Shown here: positions 8,838 to 18,762 of the stretch, one piece after another | How the letters are laid out: every line of letters starts with the position of its first letter | How positions within the stretch are numbered: the stretch's first letter is position 1 | From: Acholeplasmataceae bacterium | GTDB taxonomy: Bacteria; Bacillota_I; Bacilli_A; Acholeplasmatales; Acholeplasmataceae | Reading direction: 5' to 3' | Length of the DNA: 64,000 nucleotides | Assembly (NCBI GenBank): GCA_963667565.1 | Contig: OY763415.1 | Span: forward strand, 1,472,001 to 1,536,000 | Notes under the pieces: model-generated | What the model was told of the DNA's origin: nothing | What the model saw: the letters and a program-made list of their open reading frames with translations, nothing else | Databases searched by the model: none | Translations under genes and position numbers: made by a program

Positions 8838-10427
8838 TCACCCTTCTATTAATTCACCCTCATCATCTATTTTCATAGACAACGCTCTAGGTGATTGATT
8901 GAGCCCTGGCATCGTTACAATACCTTTAGTGAGTGCTACAAAAAATCCCGCACCTAATGATGGCTTGATTTCTTTAATTTCAAGTTCAAAATCTTTTGGT
9001 CTACCAATAAGCTTTGAATCACCTGAAAGTGAAAGATGTGTTTTAGCCATACACACTGGTAAATTCCATCCTAGCTGTTCGTAAGTTTCTAGTTGTGCAA
9101 GAGCTTTTTTTCTAAATTTGACAGTTGAAGCACCATAAATTTTGGTTGCTATTTTTTCAATTTTTGTTCTCACTGAATCTTCTTTTGTATATGTTGGGAC
9201 AAATTGGCTAGGTTGATTAATGACATCTTTGACGACCTGTGCTAGAGATACCATACCTTTAGCACCTTGCATAAATCCATCAGCAAATGCAAGTGGATAT
9301 TGATGCTCTTTTGCCCATGTCAACATATAATTGATTTCTTCTTCTGAATCTGAAGCAAAGTGATTAAGTGCAATCACGAAATTTAATCCAAAATTTTGAA
9401 TGTTTTCAATGTGCTTTTCAAGATGTGGAATACCACGTTTTAGTGCCTCTAAATCTTCTACTTGATAATCAGCTGCTTCTCCATGTGATTTAAGTGCTCT
9501 AATCGTTGCTACCAAGACAACTAAATCAGGTGATTTTGGTAATTCAGGTACCTTTAGGTCAAGGAATTTTTCCATACCTAAATCGGCTCCAAATCCAGCT
9601 TCAGTAATTGCGTAATCTCCAAGTTTTAAAGCCATCTTTGTTGCATTTACTGAATTACATCCATGCGCAATATTTGCAAATGGTCCTGCATGAACAAAAG
9701 CTGGAATACCTTCAATAGTTTGAACCAAATTAGGTTTTAAAGCATCTTTTAATAATAATGCCATCGCATCTACACATCCTAAGTCACGTGCAAACAATGG
9801 TTGTTCATCCATATTATATCCAATCATTATTTTGCTTAATCTTAGTTTTAAGTCTTTAATATCTTTAGATAAAGCTAAGATTGCCATGATTTCGCTCGCT
9901 GCTGTAATCATAAAACCGTCTTCTCTAGTTCCTAAATCAATGGTTCTTAAACTTCTATCATTCATATCTAATGCTCTTCTCCAAATCACATCTTTGATTT
10001 GAAGTTCATTGCCTTGATATATATGGTTATCAATGATTGCAGATAATAAATTGTGAGCTGAGGTGATTGCATGTAAATCCCCTGTGAAATGAAGATTGAT
10101 CGGTTCTTCAGGGACAATGATAGATTTACCGCCACCAGTTGCACCACCTTTCAAACCAAACACAGGACCTAAACTAGGCTCTCTTAATGCAAGAACCGGT
10201 TTTTCTCCTATTTCATTCAATCCTTGAGCTAACCCAATTGAAATTGTCGTTTTTCCTTCGCCTGCTGGTGTAGGATTAATTGCTGTTACTAAAATAAGTT
10301 TGCCATCTTTCTCTTCTTTTAATCGATCTAAAAGTGAAAGTGATATTTTCGCTTTATCATTTCCATAAGGGATAAGTTCACGCTCTAATATCCCAACGCC
10401 TAGGGCTACTTCTTTGATATGTTTCAT
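8838..10427 (-). CDS. fhs: Formate--tetrahydrofolate ligase
   Basis: PTPAGEGKTT, GLKGGATGGG, GPFANIAHG, TEAGFGADLG. Confidence 0.98.
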   Translation of the reverse strand: MKHIKEVALGVGILERELIPYGNDKAKISLSLLDRLKEEKDGKLILVTAINPTPAGEGKTTISIGLAQGLNEIGEKPVLALREPSLGPVFGLKGGATGGGKSIIVPEEPINLHFTGDLHAITSAHNLLSAIIDNHIYQGNELQIKDVIWRRALDMNDRSLRTIDLGTREDGFMITAASEIMAILALSKDIKDLKLRLSKIMIGYNMDEQPLFARDLGCVDAMALLLKDALKPNLVQTIEGIPAFVHAGPFANIAHGCNSVNATKMALKLGDYAITEAGFGADLGMEKFLDLKVPELPKSPDLVVLVATIRALKSHGEAADYQVEDLEALKRGIPHLEKHIENIQNFGLNFVIALNHFASDSEEEINYMLTWAKEHQYPLAFADGFMQGAKGMVSLAQVVKDVINQPSQFVPTYTKEDSVRTKIEKIATKIYGASTVKFRKKALAQLETYEQLGWNLPVCMAKTHLSLSGDSKLIGRPKDFELEIKEIKPSLGAGFFVALTKGIVTMPGLNQSPRALSMKIDDEGELIEG

Positions 10428-10446
10428 TCTGATAACCTCCTAAAAG

Positions 10447-10481
10447 AAAAAGTACCGTAACTCGGTACTTTTATTATAGCA
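10447..10481 (-). terminator. pflA terminator overlapped by an extended -10 promoter for fhs
   Basis: TGcTATAAT directly followed by AAAAGTACCG-AGTTA-CGGTACTTTTT. Confidence 0.65.
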
Positions 10482-10483
10482 TA

Positions 10484-11230
10484 TTAATCTTTATAAAAGT
10501 GATACCCATCTTTTAAGATGAATTCCGCTTTTTTAACATCTTCTTTACTCGGTTCTTTTGTATCTTTAAGTGGATAATCAAGACCCATACTTTCCCATTT
10601 CATTTGTCCTTTTGAGTGGTATGGTAATACTTCTATGCCTTGAACAAAATGAAGTGTGTCTAGATATGCTCTAAGCGCTTTTAAATCTTCTTCTTGATCT
10701 GTTAAACCTGGTACTAAAACATGTCTAATAATCATTGGTTTTTCTAGTGATTCAAGAAGTTTTGCAAATGCTAATACATGATCATTTGTAGATCCAGTGA
10801 TGACTTTATGTTGATCATTTTTGATGTGTTTAATATCAAGCAATACCAAATCAGTATATTTAAGTAACTCTTGATATTTATCACTTTGTTTATGATTAAA
10901 ACAAGAAGCAGCGGTATCCAAGCACGTATGAATGCCTTGTTGTTTTGCTTGTGCGAATAACTCAGTTAGAAAATCTAGTTGTAATATAGGATCGCCACCA
11001 CTTGCTGTTAACCCACCGTTTTTGTAAAACTTTTGGTATTTATTATAATCAGTTAAAATTTCTTCAACTTCCATCAAATGATTTTGTTTTGTAGACCATG
11101 TGTCTCTATTGTGACAATATTGACACTGGAAAGGACACCCTTGAAAGAAAACGACATATCTAATGCCTGGGCCGTCAAAAGTCCCAAGTGTTTCTACTGA
11201 ATGGATATTGCCTTGATTAAACTTTCTCAT
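10484..11230 (-). CDS. pflA: Pyruvate formate-lyase activating enzyme (radical SAM)
   Basis: [23 protein letters not shown] (CxxxCxxC); adjacent to pflB. Start chosen at MRKFNQG. Confidence 0.96.
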   Translation of the reverse strand: MRKFNQGNIHSVETLGTFDGPGIRYVVFFQGCPFQCQYCHNRDTWSTKQNHLMEVEEILTDYNKYQKFYKNGGLTASGGDPILQLDFLTELFAQAKQQGIHTCLDTAASCFNHKQSDKYQELLKYTDLVLLDIKHIKNDQHKVITGSTNDHVLAFAKLLESLEKPMIIRHVLVPGLTDQEEDLKALRAYLDTLHFVQGIEVLPYHSKGQMKWESMGLDYPLKDTKEPSKEDVKKAEFILKDGYHFYKD

Positions 11231-13475
11231 GGAAGGTTCTTGAAATGACCTCACGTTTTTGTTCGTTTGTTAAGTTAGAAAAGTTCACTGCATATCCTGA
11301 TACTCTAATGGTTAAATTAGGATATTTTTCAGGATGATCATAAGCATCTTGCAATGTCTTACGATTCATAATATTCACATTTAAATGATAACCACCATTG
11401 ACGAAATATCCATCTAAAATCGTCACTAGGTTTTCAACTTTAATATCGCCTTCATAGACAAATCCATCGGCAGATTCTAAATCTTTTCCTAATGCTTGTG
11501 GTACTAATGTGAATGTATTTGAAATACCATCTTGACAGCTTTCGCATGGTATTTTAGAAACACTTAATAATGATTGTAATGCACCAGATTTGTCACGACC
11601 ATGCATTGGGTTAGCCCCTGGAGCAAATGGTTCGCCTTTTCTTCTTCCGTCTGGTGTATTCCCTGTTTTCTTTCCATAAACCACATTTGATGTAATGGTT
11701 AAAATACTCATTGTTGGTACTGATTCTCTATATGTATATTGATTTCTAATTTTACTCATGAAACGGTTAACAATATCAACTGCTAACATATCAACTGCAT
11801 CATCATTATTACCATAACATGGGAAATCGCCATCGATTTCAAAATCATAAATTAATCCGCGATCATCATAAACTGGTTTCACTTTTGCGTGTTTAATTGC
11901 TGATAATGAATCTGCAACCACTGATAACCCTGCAACACCAGTTGCGAAATTTCTTTTAACTTCTGGGTTGTGAAATGCCATTTGGATAGCTTCATATGCA
12001 TATTTATCATGCATGTAATGAATAATATTTAAAGCACTCACATAAACTTCAGCTAACCAAGTTAACATGTGGTCAAATCTATCCATGACAACATCATAAT
12101 CCAATACATCTGCTTGTAAAACATCATTCATTGGACCAACTTGAGCACCGCTTAATTCATCTCTACCACCATTGATTGCGTATAGTAATGCTTTAGCTAA
12201 GTTGGCTCTCGCTCCAAAGAATTGCATTTCTTGTCCGATTGCCATAGGCGATACACAACAAGCAATACCGTAATCGTCACCGTGGTCAGGTCTCATTTGT
12301 TCATCATTTTCGTATTGGATACTGCTTGTATCAATAGAAACTTTTGCACAGAACTTCTTAAAGTTTTCAGGAAGGCTTTCACTCCAAAGCACTGTTAAGT
12401 TGGGTTCTGCAGAAGTACCTAAGTTATATAATGTTTGTAAATATCTAAATGTTGATTTAGTTACCCAAGAACGACCATCTAATGTTAGTCCTGCTAAACT
12501 CTCAGTGACCCATGTTGGATCTCCTGTAAATAAATCATTGTATTCTGGTGTTCTAGCAAAACGAATCATTCTTAATTTCATGATAAAATGATCGATAAGT
12601 TCTTGTGCTTCAACTTCAGTGATGATGCCGTCTTTTAAATCTCTTTCTATATAAATATCTACAAATGAAGCAGTTCTACCTAAACTCATCGCTGCACCAT
12701 TTTGTTCTTTAACTGCCGCTAAATAACCAAAATAGGTCCATTGAATGGCTTCATATGCATTTTCCGCTGGTCTTGTTAAATCAAATCCATAAATTTCACC
12801 CATTTTAATGAATTCATTTAATGCGTTGATTTGATCTTGAAGCTCTTCACACATTCTAATGTTCTTTTCATTCATCACCTTAGATTGGTAAATGGCTTTT
12901 TGTTCTTCTCTTTCGGCGATTAATCTAGTTGTACCATATAATGCTACTCTTCTGTAATCACCAATGATTCTTCCGCGGCCATATCCATCGGGTAATCCTG
13001 TAATAATTCCAGTTCTTCTTGCGTCTCTAATTTCTTTTGAATACACATCGAAAACACCTTGATTGTGTGTTTTTCTATATGTTGAAAAAATATGTACCAT
13101 TGCAGGATCAATCTCATAACCATAAGCTTTTGCTGCTTTGTATGCGACGTTGATACCACCATAAGGATGAAAAGCTCTCTTGAATGGGGCATCTGTTTGT
13201 AAACCTACAATCTTTTCTAAATCCTTGTTAATATAAGCAGCTGGATGTGAAGTTAAGCTAGAGACAACATCTGTATCCATCCCTAGAGAACCACCATTTT
13301 CTTTTTCTTGTTTTAACAATTTATAGAATTGTTCATTTAATAATTTACTGCTTTCAGTTGGTCCTTCCAAAAATGATGAATCTCCTAGATATTCATTATA
13401 ATTGTCGAACATAAAATCTCTAACGTTGATTTCTTTTTTCCAAGAATCACCTTTAAAGTTTCTCCATGCGTTCAT
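11217..13475 (-). CDS. pflB: Pyruvate formate-lyase
   Basis: IACCVS Cys pair and glycyl-radical motif [12 protein letters not shown] 13475 follows GGAGG. Confidence 0.98.
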   Translation of the reverse strand: MNAWRNFKGDSWKKEINVRDFMFDNYNEYLGDSSFLEGPTESSKLLNEQFYKLLKQEKENGGSLGMDTDVVSSLTSHPAAYINKDLEKIVGLQTDAPFKRAFHPYGGINVAYKAAKAYGYEIDPAMVHIFSTYRKTHNQGVFDVYSKEIRDARRTGIITGLPDGYGRGRIIGDYRRVALYGTTRLIAEREEQKAIYQSKVMNEKNIRMCEELQDQINALNEFIKMGEIYGFDLTRPAENAYEAIQWTYFGYLAAVKEQNGAAMSLGRTASFVDIYIERDLKDGIITEVEAQELIDHFIMKLRMIRFARTPEYNDLFTGDPTWVTESLAGLTLDGRSWVTKSTFRYLQTLYNLGTSAEPNLTVLWSESLPENFKKFCAKVSIDTSSIQYENDEQMRPDHGDDYGIACCVSPMAIGQEMQFFGARANLAKALLYAINGGRDELSGAQVGPMNDVLQADVLDYDVVMDRFDHMLTWLAEVYVSALNIIHYMHDKYAYEAIQMAFHNPEVKRNFATGVAGLSVVADSLSAIKHAKVKPVYDDRGLIYDFEIDGDFPCYGNNDDAVDMLAVDIVNRFMSKIRNQYTYRESVPTMSILTITSNVVYGKKTGNTPDGRRKGEPFAPGANPMHGRDKSGALQSLLSVSKIPCESCQDGISNTFTLVPQALGKDLESADGFVYEGDIKVENLVTILDGYFVNGGYHLNVNIMNRKTLQDAYDHPEKYPNLTIRVSGYAVNFSNLTNEQKREVISRTFHEKV

Positions 13476-13578
13476 ATCTGTACCTCCAATTATGTATTTT
13501 TTAATTGCATCGATTGATTTCAACACCATTATATTGTGTTTAATTTTAAAAAGCCACTGATTCTATAATTTTATAAAC

Positions 13579-13592
13579 TGAAAACGTTTTAA
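13579..13592. promoter_or_regulatory. cre-like (CcpA/LacI-type) operator between divergent pflB and hflX
   Basis: TGAAAACGTTTTAA versus consensus TGWNANCGNTNWCA. Confidence 0.55.
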
Positions 13593-13625
13593 AAAATGTT
13601 AACATAGAAATGTGGTGGTGATCAT

Positions 13626-14870
13626 ATGGATCAAGCAATATTAGTTGGTATTGATATAGAGACAAACGTCTTAAATATTAAAAGCAATTTAGATGAATTG
13701 GAACAGTTAGCTCTTGCAGTTAATATTAAAACTAGAGATAAAGTTGTTCAAAAGTCAAAGTCAATTTCTCCTAAATATTATATTGGCAAGGGAAAAGTAG
13801 ATGAAATTAAGAAGATGATTTCTATTTTAGATGTAGATGTTGTCATTTTTGATGATACTCTATCACCTTCTCAATTATCGAATTTAGAAAAAACGCTCGA
13901 TGTACAAGTCATTGATCGTAGTTTTTTAATTTTATCCATTTTTGCAGAACGCGCTCAATCTAAACAAGCTATCTTAGAAGTTGCTCTAGCTCAAAAAATG
14001 TATATGCTTCCTAGACTTTCTGGTATGGGTAGCACCTTATCAAGACAAGGTGGTGGTTCTTATAACGCTAAAGGTCCTGGTGAAACAAAATTAGAACTCG
14101 ATAGAAGAAAACTATTACAAGAAATTTCTTTAATTAAAAAACAATTGTTAAAAATAGAAAAAGAAAGAGATATTTCAACAAAAAAGAGAAAAGATAGTCA
14201 AATCCCAATCGTTGCACTTGTTGGATATACGAATGCTGGTAAATCATCTTTAATGAATGGACTTACATCTTATCTTCATCAAGATCAAGAACCTGTTTTT
14301 GAAAAAGATATGTTGTTTGCAACCCTTGACACTAAAGCAAGACGCATACAACAAGAAAATAAACCTCCATTTATCTTAATTGATACGGTTGGTTTTATAT
14401 CAAAATTGCCTCATGAATTGATTCGTTCTTTTCAAACGACTTTACTGGATGTATTAAATGCTGATTTATTATTGCATGTAGTTGATTCAACTGCTAAATA
14501 TCAAGAAGAAATGTTTGTTACAAGAAGTGTTTTACAACAAATAGGTGCTGACCATATTGAAAGAATACTCATTATGACAAAAAAAGATCTCGCTTATAGA
14601 CCTGTTGATGTTCAAGATGATTATATTTATATTTCAAATTTAACTAAAGAGAATTATGATGAACTCATATCAGCTATTTATGGTCATATTTATCACGATA
14701 GACGCATTGTAGACTTACTCATTCCTTTTACTGAAGGACAAATCTTTTCTAAACTTAAAGAAAATGCGACGATCTTATCTAATCAATATTTAGATGAAGG
14801 TATTTTCATCTCTGCAGTCTTATCACAGGAACAAACGCACATCTATCAATCTTATATCATAAAAAAATAA
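13626..14870 (+). CDS. hflX: GTPase HflX
   Basis: GPGETKLELDRR, GYTNAGKSS, LFATLD, DTVGFI. Confidence 0.97.
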   Translation: MDQAILVGIDIETNVLNIKSNLDELEQLALAVNIKTRDKVVQKSKSISPKYYIGKGKVDEIKKMISILDVDVVIFDDTLSPSQLSNLEKTLDVQVIDRSFLILSIFAERAQSKQAILEVALAQKMYMLPRLSGMGSTLSRQGGGSYNAKGPGETKLELDRRKLLQEISLIKKQLLKIEKERDISTKKRKDSQIPIVALVGYTNAGKSSLMNGLTSYLHQDQEPVFEKDMLFATLDTKARRIQQENKPPFILIDTVGFISKLPHELIRSFQTTLLDVLNADLLLHVVDSTAKYQEEMFVTRSVLQQIGADHIERILIMTKKDLAYRPVDVQDDYIYISNLTKENYDELISAIYGHIYHDRRIVDLLIPFTEGQIFSKLKENATILSNQYLDEGIFISAVLSQEQTHIYQSYIIKK

Positions 14871-14874
14871 GTGC

Positions 14875-15861
14875 TCATTGAGCACTTTTTTGTTCTTCAA
14901 AAAAATCATTAACATATTTTATAAATTCTTCTTTGGTGTGTGTTCTACTAAGTTGTGCTCTTAAATCTTTTGCATGTGGTAATCCTTTTAAATACCAAGG
15001 TCCGTGGCTTCTCATTTCTAAACAAGCCACTTTTTCACCTTTGAGTTCCACTAAAGATTCTAGATGAAGTAACATCATTTCTTTAATTTCCTCTAGTGTT
15101 GGTTTTTCAATGATAGTGCCATCTTTTAAATACGCATCAATTTCTCTAAATATCCATGGGTTACCCAAAGCGCCTCTACCAATCATCACTGCATCGCAGT
15201 TTGTATAGGTGAGCATACGTAAGGCAGATTCACCATCGATAATATCTCCATTGCCTATAACCGGTATATGAACAGCTTCTTTAACAGCTTTGATGACATC
15301 AAGATCTGCAAATCCACTATATCCTTGAGATCTTGTTCGTGCGTGTACTGCAATCGCACTTGCGCCTGCTTCTTCAATTTTTTTAGCAACTTCAACAGCA
15401 TTTTTACTATCGTCATCCCAACCACTTCTAATTTTAACAGTCACTGGTTTAGATACTTTATTTACAATCTCTCTAACAATATCATATATTTTATCTGGAT
15501 TTTTCATCAGTGATGCACCTGCTTGAGCTTTAATTGCTACTTTAGGTACCGGACATCCCATATTAATATCAATGATATCGCAATTGCTATGTTTATCAAT
15601 ATATAGGGCCGCATCAACCATTGTTTCTAAATCTGATCCAAAAATTTGTTGTGCCATAGGTCTTTCAACATCTGTCATAAACAATAAATCCAGTGTTTTT
15701 TCGTTCTTGTGTAACAACCCTTTATCAGAAACCATTTCTGCATATACTAACCCTGCACCATATTTTCTAGCAAGCGTTCTAAAAGGGCTGTTTGACACGC
15801 CAGCCATTGGTGCGAGTATGATTTTATTTTTAACTTCTACATTTCCTATATAAAAAGACAT
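14875..15861 (-). CDS. dusB: tRNA-dihydrouridine synthase
   Basis: LAPMAGVS, DINMGCP, VHART, GNGDI, IGRGALGNPW. Confidence 0.95.
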   Translation of the reverse strand: MSFYIGNVEVKNKIILAPMAGVSNSPFRTLARKYGAGLVYAEMVSDKGLLHKNEKTLDLLFMTDVERPMAQQIFGSDLETMVDAALYIDKHSNCDIIDINMGCPVPKVAIKAQAGASLMKNPDKIYDIVREIVNKVSKPVTVKIRSGWDDDSKNAVEVAKKIEEAGASAIAVHARTRSQGYSGFADLDVIKAVKEAVHIPVIGNGDIIDGESALRMLTYTNCDAVMIGRGALGNPWIFREIDAYLKDGTIIEKPTLEEIKEMMLLHLESLVELKGEKVACLEMRSHGPWYLKGLPHAKDLRAQLSRTHTKEEFIKYVNDFFEEQKSAQ

Positions 15862-15938
15862 TTTAATCACCTGATTTATTGTATCATTTTATGATATGAG
15901 TTTCAATTATGCTACAATATCAATTGAGGTATGAACAC

Positions 15939-16814
15939 ATGAAAGATTATGCAATCATAAGTTATGCTTATGACAAAACAGTAAGAATATATGCATCTCA
16001 AACAACAAACTTAGTTGAAGAAGCAAGAATGATTCATCAAACTTGGCCAACAGCATCAGCTGCATTTGGTCGTTTTCTCACAGCATCTGCTATGATGGGA
16101 TTGATGTATAAACCTGGAGAACGAATCACACTTAGAATTAAAGGTAATGGTCCCATTGGATCTATGCTTGTTGAAGCTAATAACTCGGGGCAAGTTCGTG
16201 GAGAAATCCAAAACCCTTCTGTTTATTTAAAATATGAAGAGGGTCCTAAAAAAGGTAAATTAAATGTCGGTGCTGCTGTAGGACAAGGCTTTTTGTTTGT
16301 AACTAAAGATTTAAATATGAAAGAATATTTCACGTCATCATCTGAATTGCAAACAGGTGAAATTGGTGATGATTTCACATATTATTTTGCATTATCAGAA
16401 CAAGTCCCTTCATCTGTTGGATTAGGTGTGTTAGTCAATACTGATCAAAGTATTTTGGCTAGTGGTGGTTATATCCTTCAACTCATGCCTGGGATTAAAG
16501 AGGAAACCATTCAAACGATTGAACATATTCTTAAATCCATTAAACCAATGAGCACACTAATCAACGAAGGTAAAACACCTGAAGATATCACTGCCATATT
16601 ATCAAATCAAAATTATCAATTATTATCAAAACACGATTTAAGCTATCACTGTCCGTGTACAAAAGATGGATTTGCTAGAAGTTTATCGGCACTTGATAAA
16701 AAAGATATTGATGAAATGATTGAAGATGGACATGCTGAAATTGAATGTCATTTCTGCCATAAAAAATACATTTTCAATAAAGAAGATTTAGAACAAATTA
16801 AGAAAAACCAATAA
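15939..16814 (+). CDS. hslO: Hsp33 redox-regulated chaperone
   Basis: SEQVPS, GGYILQLMP and the C-terminal CxC...CxxC zinc motif. Confidence 0.95.
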   Translation: MKDYAIISYAYDKTVRIYASQTTNLVEEARMIHQTWPTASAAFGRFLTASAMMGLMYKPGERITLRIKGNGPIGSMLVEANNSGQVRGEIQNPSVYLKYEEGPKKGKLNVGAAVGQGFLFVTKDLNMKEYFTSSSELQTGEIGDDFTYYFALSEQVPSSVGLGVLVNTDQSILASGGYILQLMPGIKEETIQTIEHILKSIKPMSTLINEGKTPEDITAILSNQNYQLLSKHDLSYHCPCTKDGFARSLSALDKKDIDEMIEDGHAEIECHFCHKKYIFNKEDLEQIKKNQ

Positions 16815-16829
16815 AAAAAGAGGACTTGA

Positions 16830-17279
16830 TTACCAATCAAAGTCCTCTTCTATTTTTTTACGGCTTTCTAAATGATTACATCTTGACTTTAACTCTTGAA
16901 TAAAGACATCACGATCTTCAGGTGAGATAGCAACCATACGCATAAGTCCTTTGTTTAATGTGATTTTTACTACATCCATCGACATCGCAAAATTATTATT
17001 TGGTAACATTCTATCTTTTTCAATAGCAATAATGTGTTCATAATACACTTTTTTAAAGATGAATCCTAATCTTATATATAAGTAATCTTCTTTAAGTGCA
17101 TATACTGAACTGAAAAGAAAAATTAAATCAACTAAGACAACTGTGAGTAAACCAATCACTGCAGACATATAATCTTCGGTTTGTTCTAGATAAAAAATAA
17201 CAGCAAGCGCAATAAATATCAATGGAATCACTAAAAATACAAGTTTAACAAGCATGCCTTTTTTTACTTTAAATCTCAT
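16830..17279 (-). CDS. Membrane protein with a bacterial PH-like domain
   Basis: Two TM helices, then YLYIRLG and AISPEDRDVFI. Confidence 0.7.
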   Translation of the reverse strand: MRFKVKKGMLVKLVFLVIPLIFIALAVIFYLEQTEDYMSAVIGLLTVVLVDLIFLFSSVYALKEDYLYIRLGFIFKKVYYEHIIAIEKDRMLPNNNFAMSMDVVKITLNKGLMRMVAISPEDRDVFIQELKSRCNHLESRKKIEEDFDW

Positions 17280-18753
17280 ATGTGTTTTCTTCTTTCTGTT
17301 TTTGAATTCTTTCTAATAAATCATGTGTGATCTCACTATATAGTTTATCATCAATTTTATAAAACTTTTGATAAATCATATAAGATGCCACAATCAATAC
17401 AAGTGGTATAGCAAGCATAGAGATTCTTAGATTGAGTAACATTTCTGGTGTTGTTAAACTTCCAATCAAAGTTCTAATCTCTTCAGTGGTCAAATCAGGG
17501 TTTGCATTTCTTGCATCTGTTACAGGTTTAATGACTAGATCGTTTAATCCCGAAAACGCCAATGTTAAAGAAACGATAAATGTTTGAAACGCTGTCGCCA
17601 TTTTTGTGACAAATGGATTAATACTAAAAACGATACTTTCATTTCTAGTTCCTAACTTCCATTGTCCATATTCAATCGTATCAGCAAGCATCACTAAGAC
17701 GAGGACTTGAATAAATCCTTGACCAAAGAATAATACCAATCCTGCTAAACCAATAACCAACATATTCTTAGGTAGTATAAAATAACCTGCACTAAAGAAT
17801 AAACCGTATCCAATAGCAACTAAAATGGTTGAGTAAAAGAATAATTTTTTTCTACCTATCTTTTGTGATATCTTAGGGAATAAAACAATAGCTGTTAATT
17901 GACTTACCGCTAAAATAAGTGCAAACAACGTAAACTCAATACCACCATAACGATTAAAGTCGTAGTCAAAGAAATACATACCCAAAGCTGTTGTAATAAA
18001 ATAGCCTGTATTAAATAATAAGATTGCAACAATGATGACTACTAATTGATCATTTTTAAATATAATTTTTAATAAATCTTTAAATTTAGTCTTAGCTTGC
18101 TCCACATGTGTAATCATGTTTTTTGGCTCTTTAACGCCAAAGAACACCATTACTTGTGAACCAATAAATATCATGCCAATCACAAGTGCTAAAATAAAGA
18201 AAGCTTGTTTAGGTCCACCTGAAAAATTTTGATAAAATACTGGAACACCTGCAATGATAACAAACATGCCAAGACTTGCAAAGAATCTTGCAAGTGATCC
18301 TATTTTTTCTCTTTCTTTAGGATCAGCAGTAAAACTTGGATACATTGACCAATAACTGATATCATTCATGGTATAAGTCATACCAGATAAGACATACAAA
18401 ATACCAAATAAAATAACGAAAGGTGTACCACTTAATCCATAATCTTGAAACAATGAAAAGAATACCATTGCTGAAGTAATCGCGCCAAGCAATATCCATG
18501 GTTTAAATTTACCAAATCTTGTTTTTGTATTGTCAATAATAAATCCCATAAACGTATCATTAATAGCATCCCAAACTCTTGCTACTGCCATGACAACACC
18601 AACTGCAATCAAATCTGCAGAACTAACACCAACAGCATTCGTTAAAAATATCAATAAGAAATTTGCATATAAAGCATACATCATGTCTCTTCCAATAGAT
18701 GCTGAAGCGTACATCATTTTTGATTTTTTATCAATTGATTGAACGATTTCCAT
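17269..18753 (-). CDS. Glycoside-pentoside-hexuronide:cation symporter (MelB-like MFS)
   Basis: RVWDAIND, TRFGKFKPW, LADTIEYG...TRNES; about 12 hydrophobic segments. Confidence 0.92.
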   Translation of the reverse strand: MEIVQSIDKKSKMMYASASIGRDMMYALYANFLLIFLTNAVGVSSADLIAVGVVMAVARVWDAINDTFMGFIIDNTKTRFGKFKPWILLGAITSAMVFFSLFQDYGLSGTPFVILFGILYVLSGMTYTMNDISYWSMYPSFTADPKEREKIGSLARFFASLGMFVIIAGVPVFYQNFSGGPKQAFFILALVIGMIFIGSQVMVFFGVKEPKNMITHVEQAKTKFKDLLKIIFKNDQLVVIIVAILLFNTGYFITTALGMYFFDYDFNRYGGIEFTLFALILAVSQLTAIVLFPKISQKIGRKKLFFYSTILVAIGYGLFFSAGYFILPKNMLVIGLAGLVLFFGQGFIQVLVLVMLADTIEYGQWKLGTRNESIVFSINPFVTKMATAFQTFIVSLTLAFSGLNDLVIKPVTDARNANPDLTTEEIRTLIGSLTTPEMLLNLRISMLAIPLVLIVASYMIYQKFYKIDDKLYSEITHDLLERIQKQKEENTYEI

Positions 18754-18762
18754 AACGTTCTC

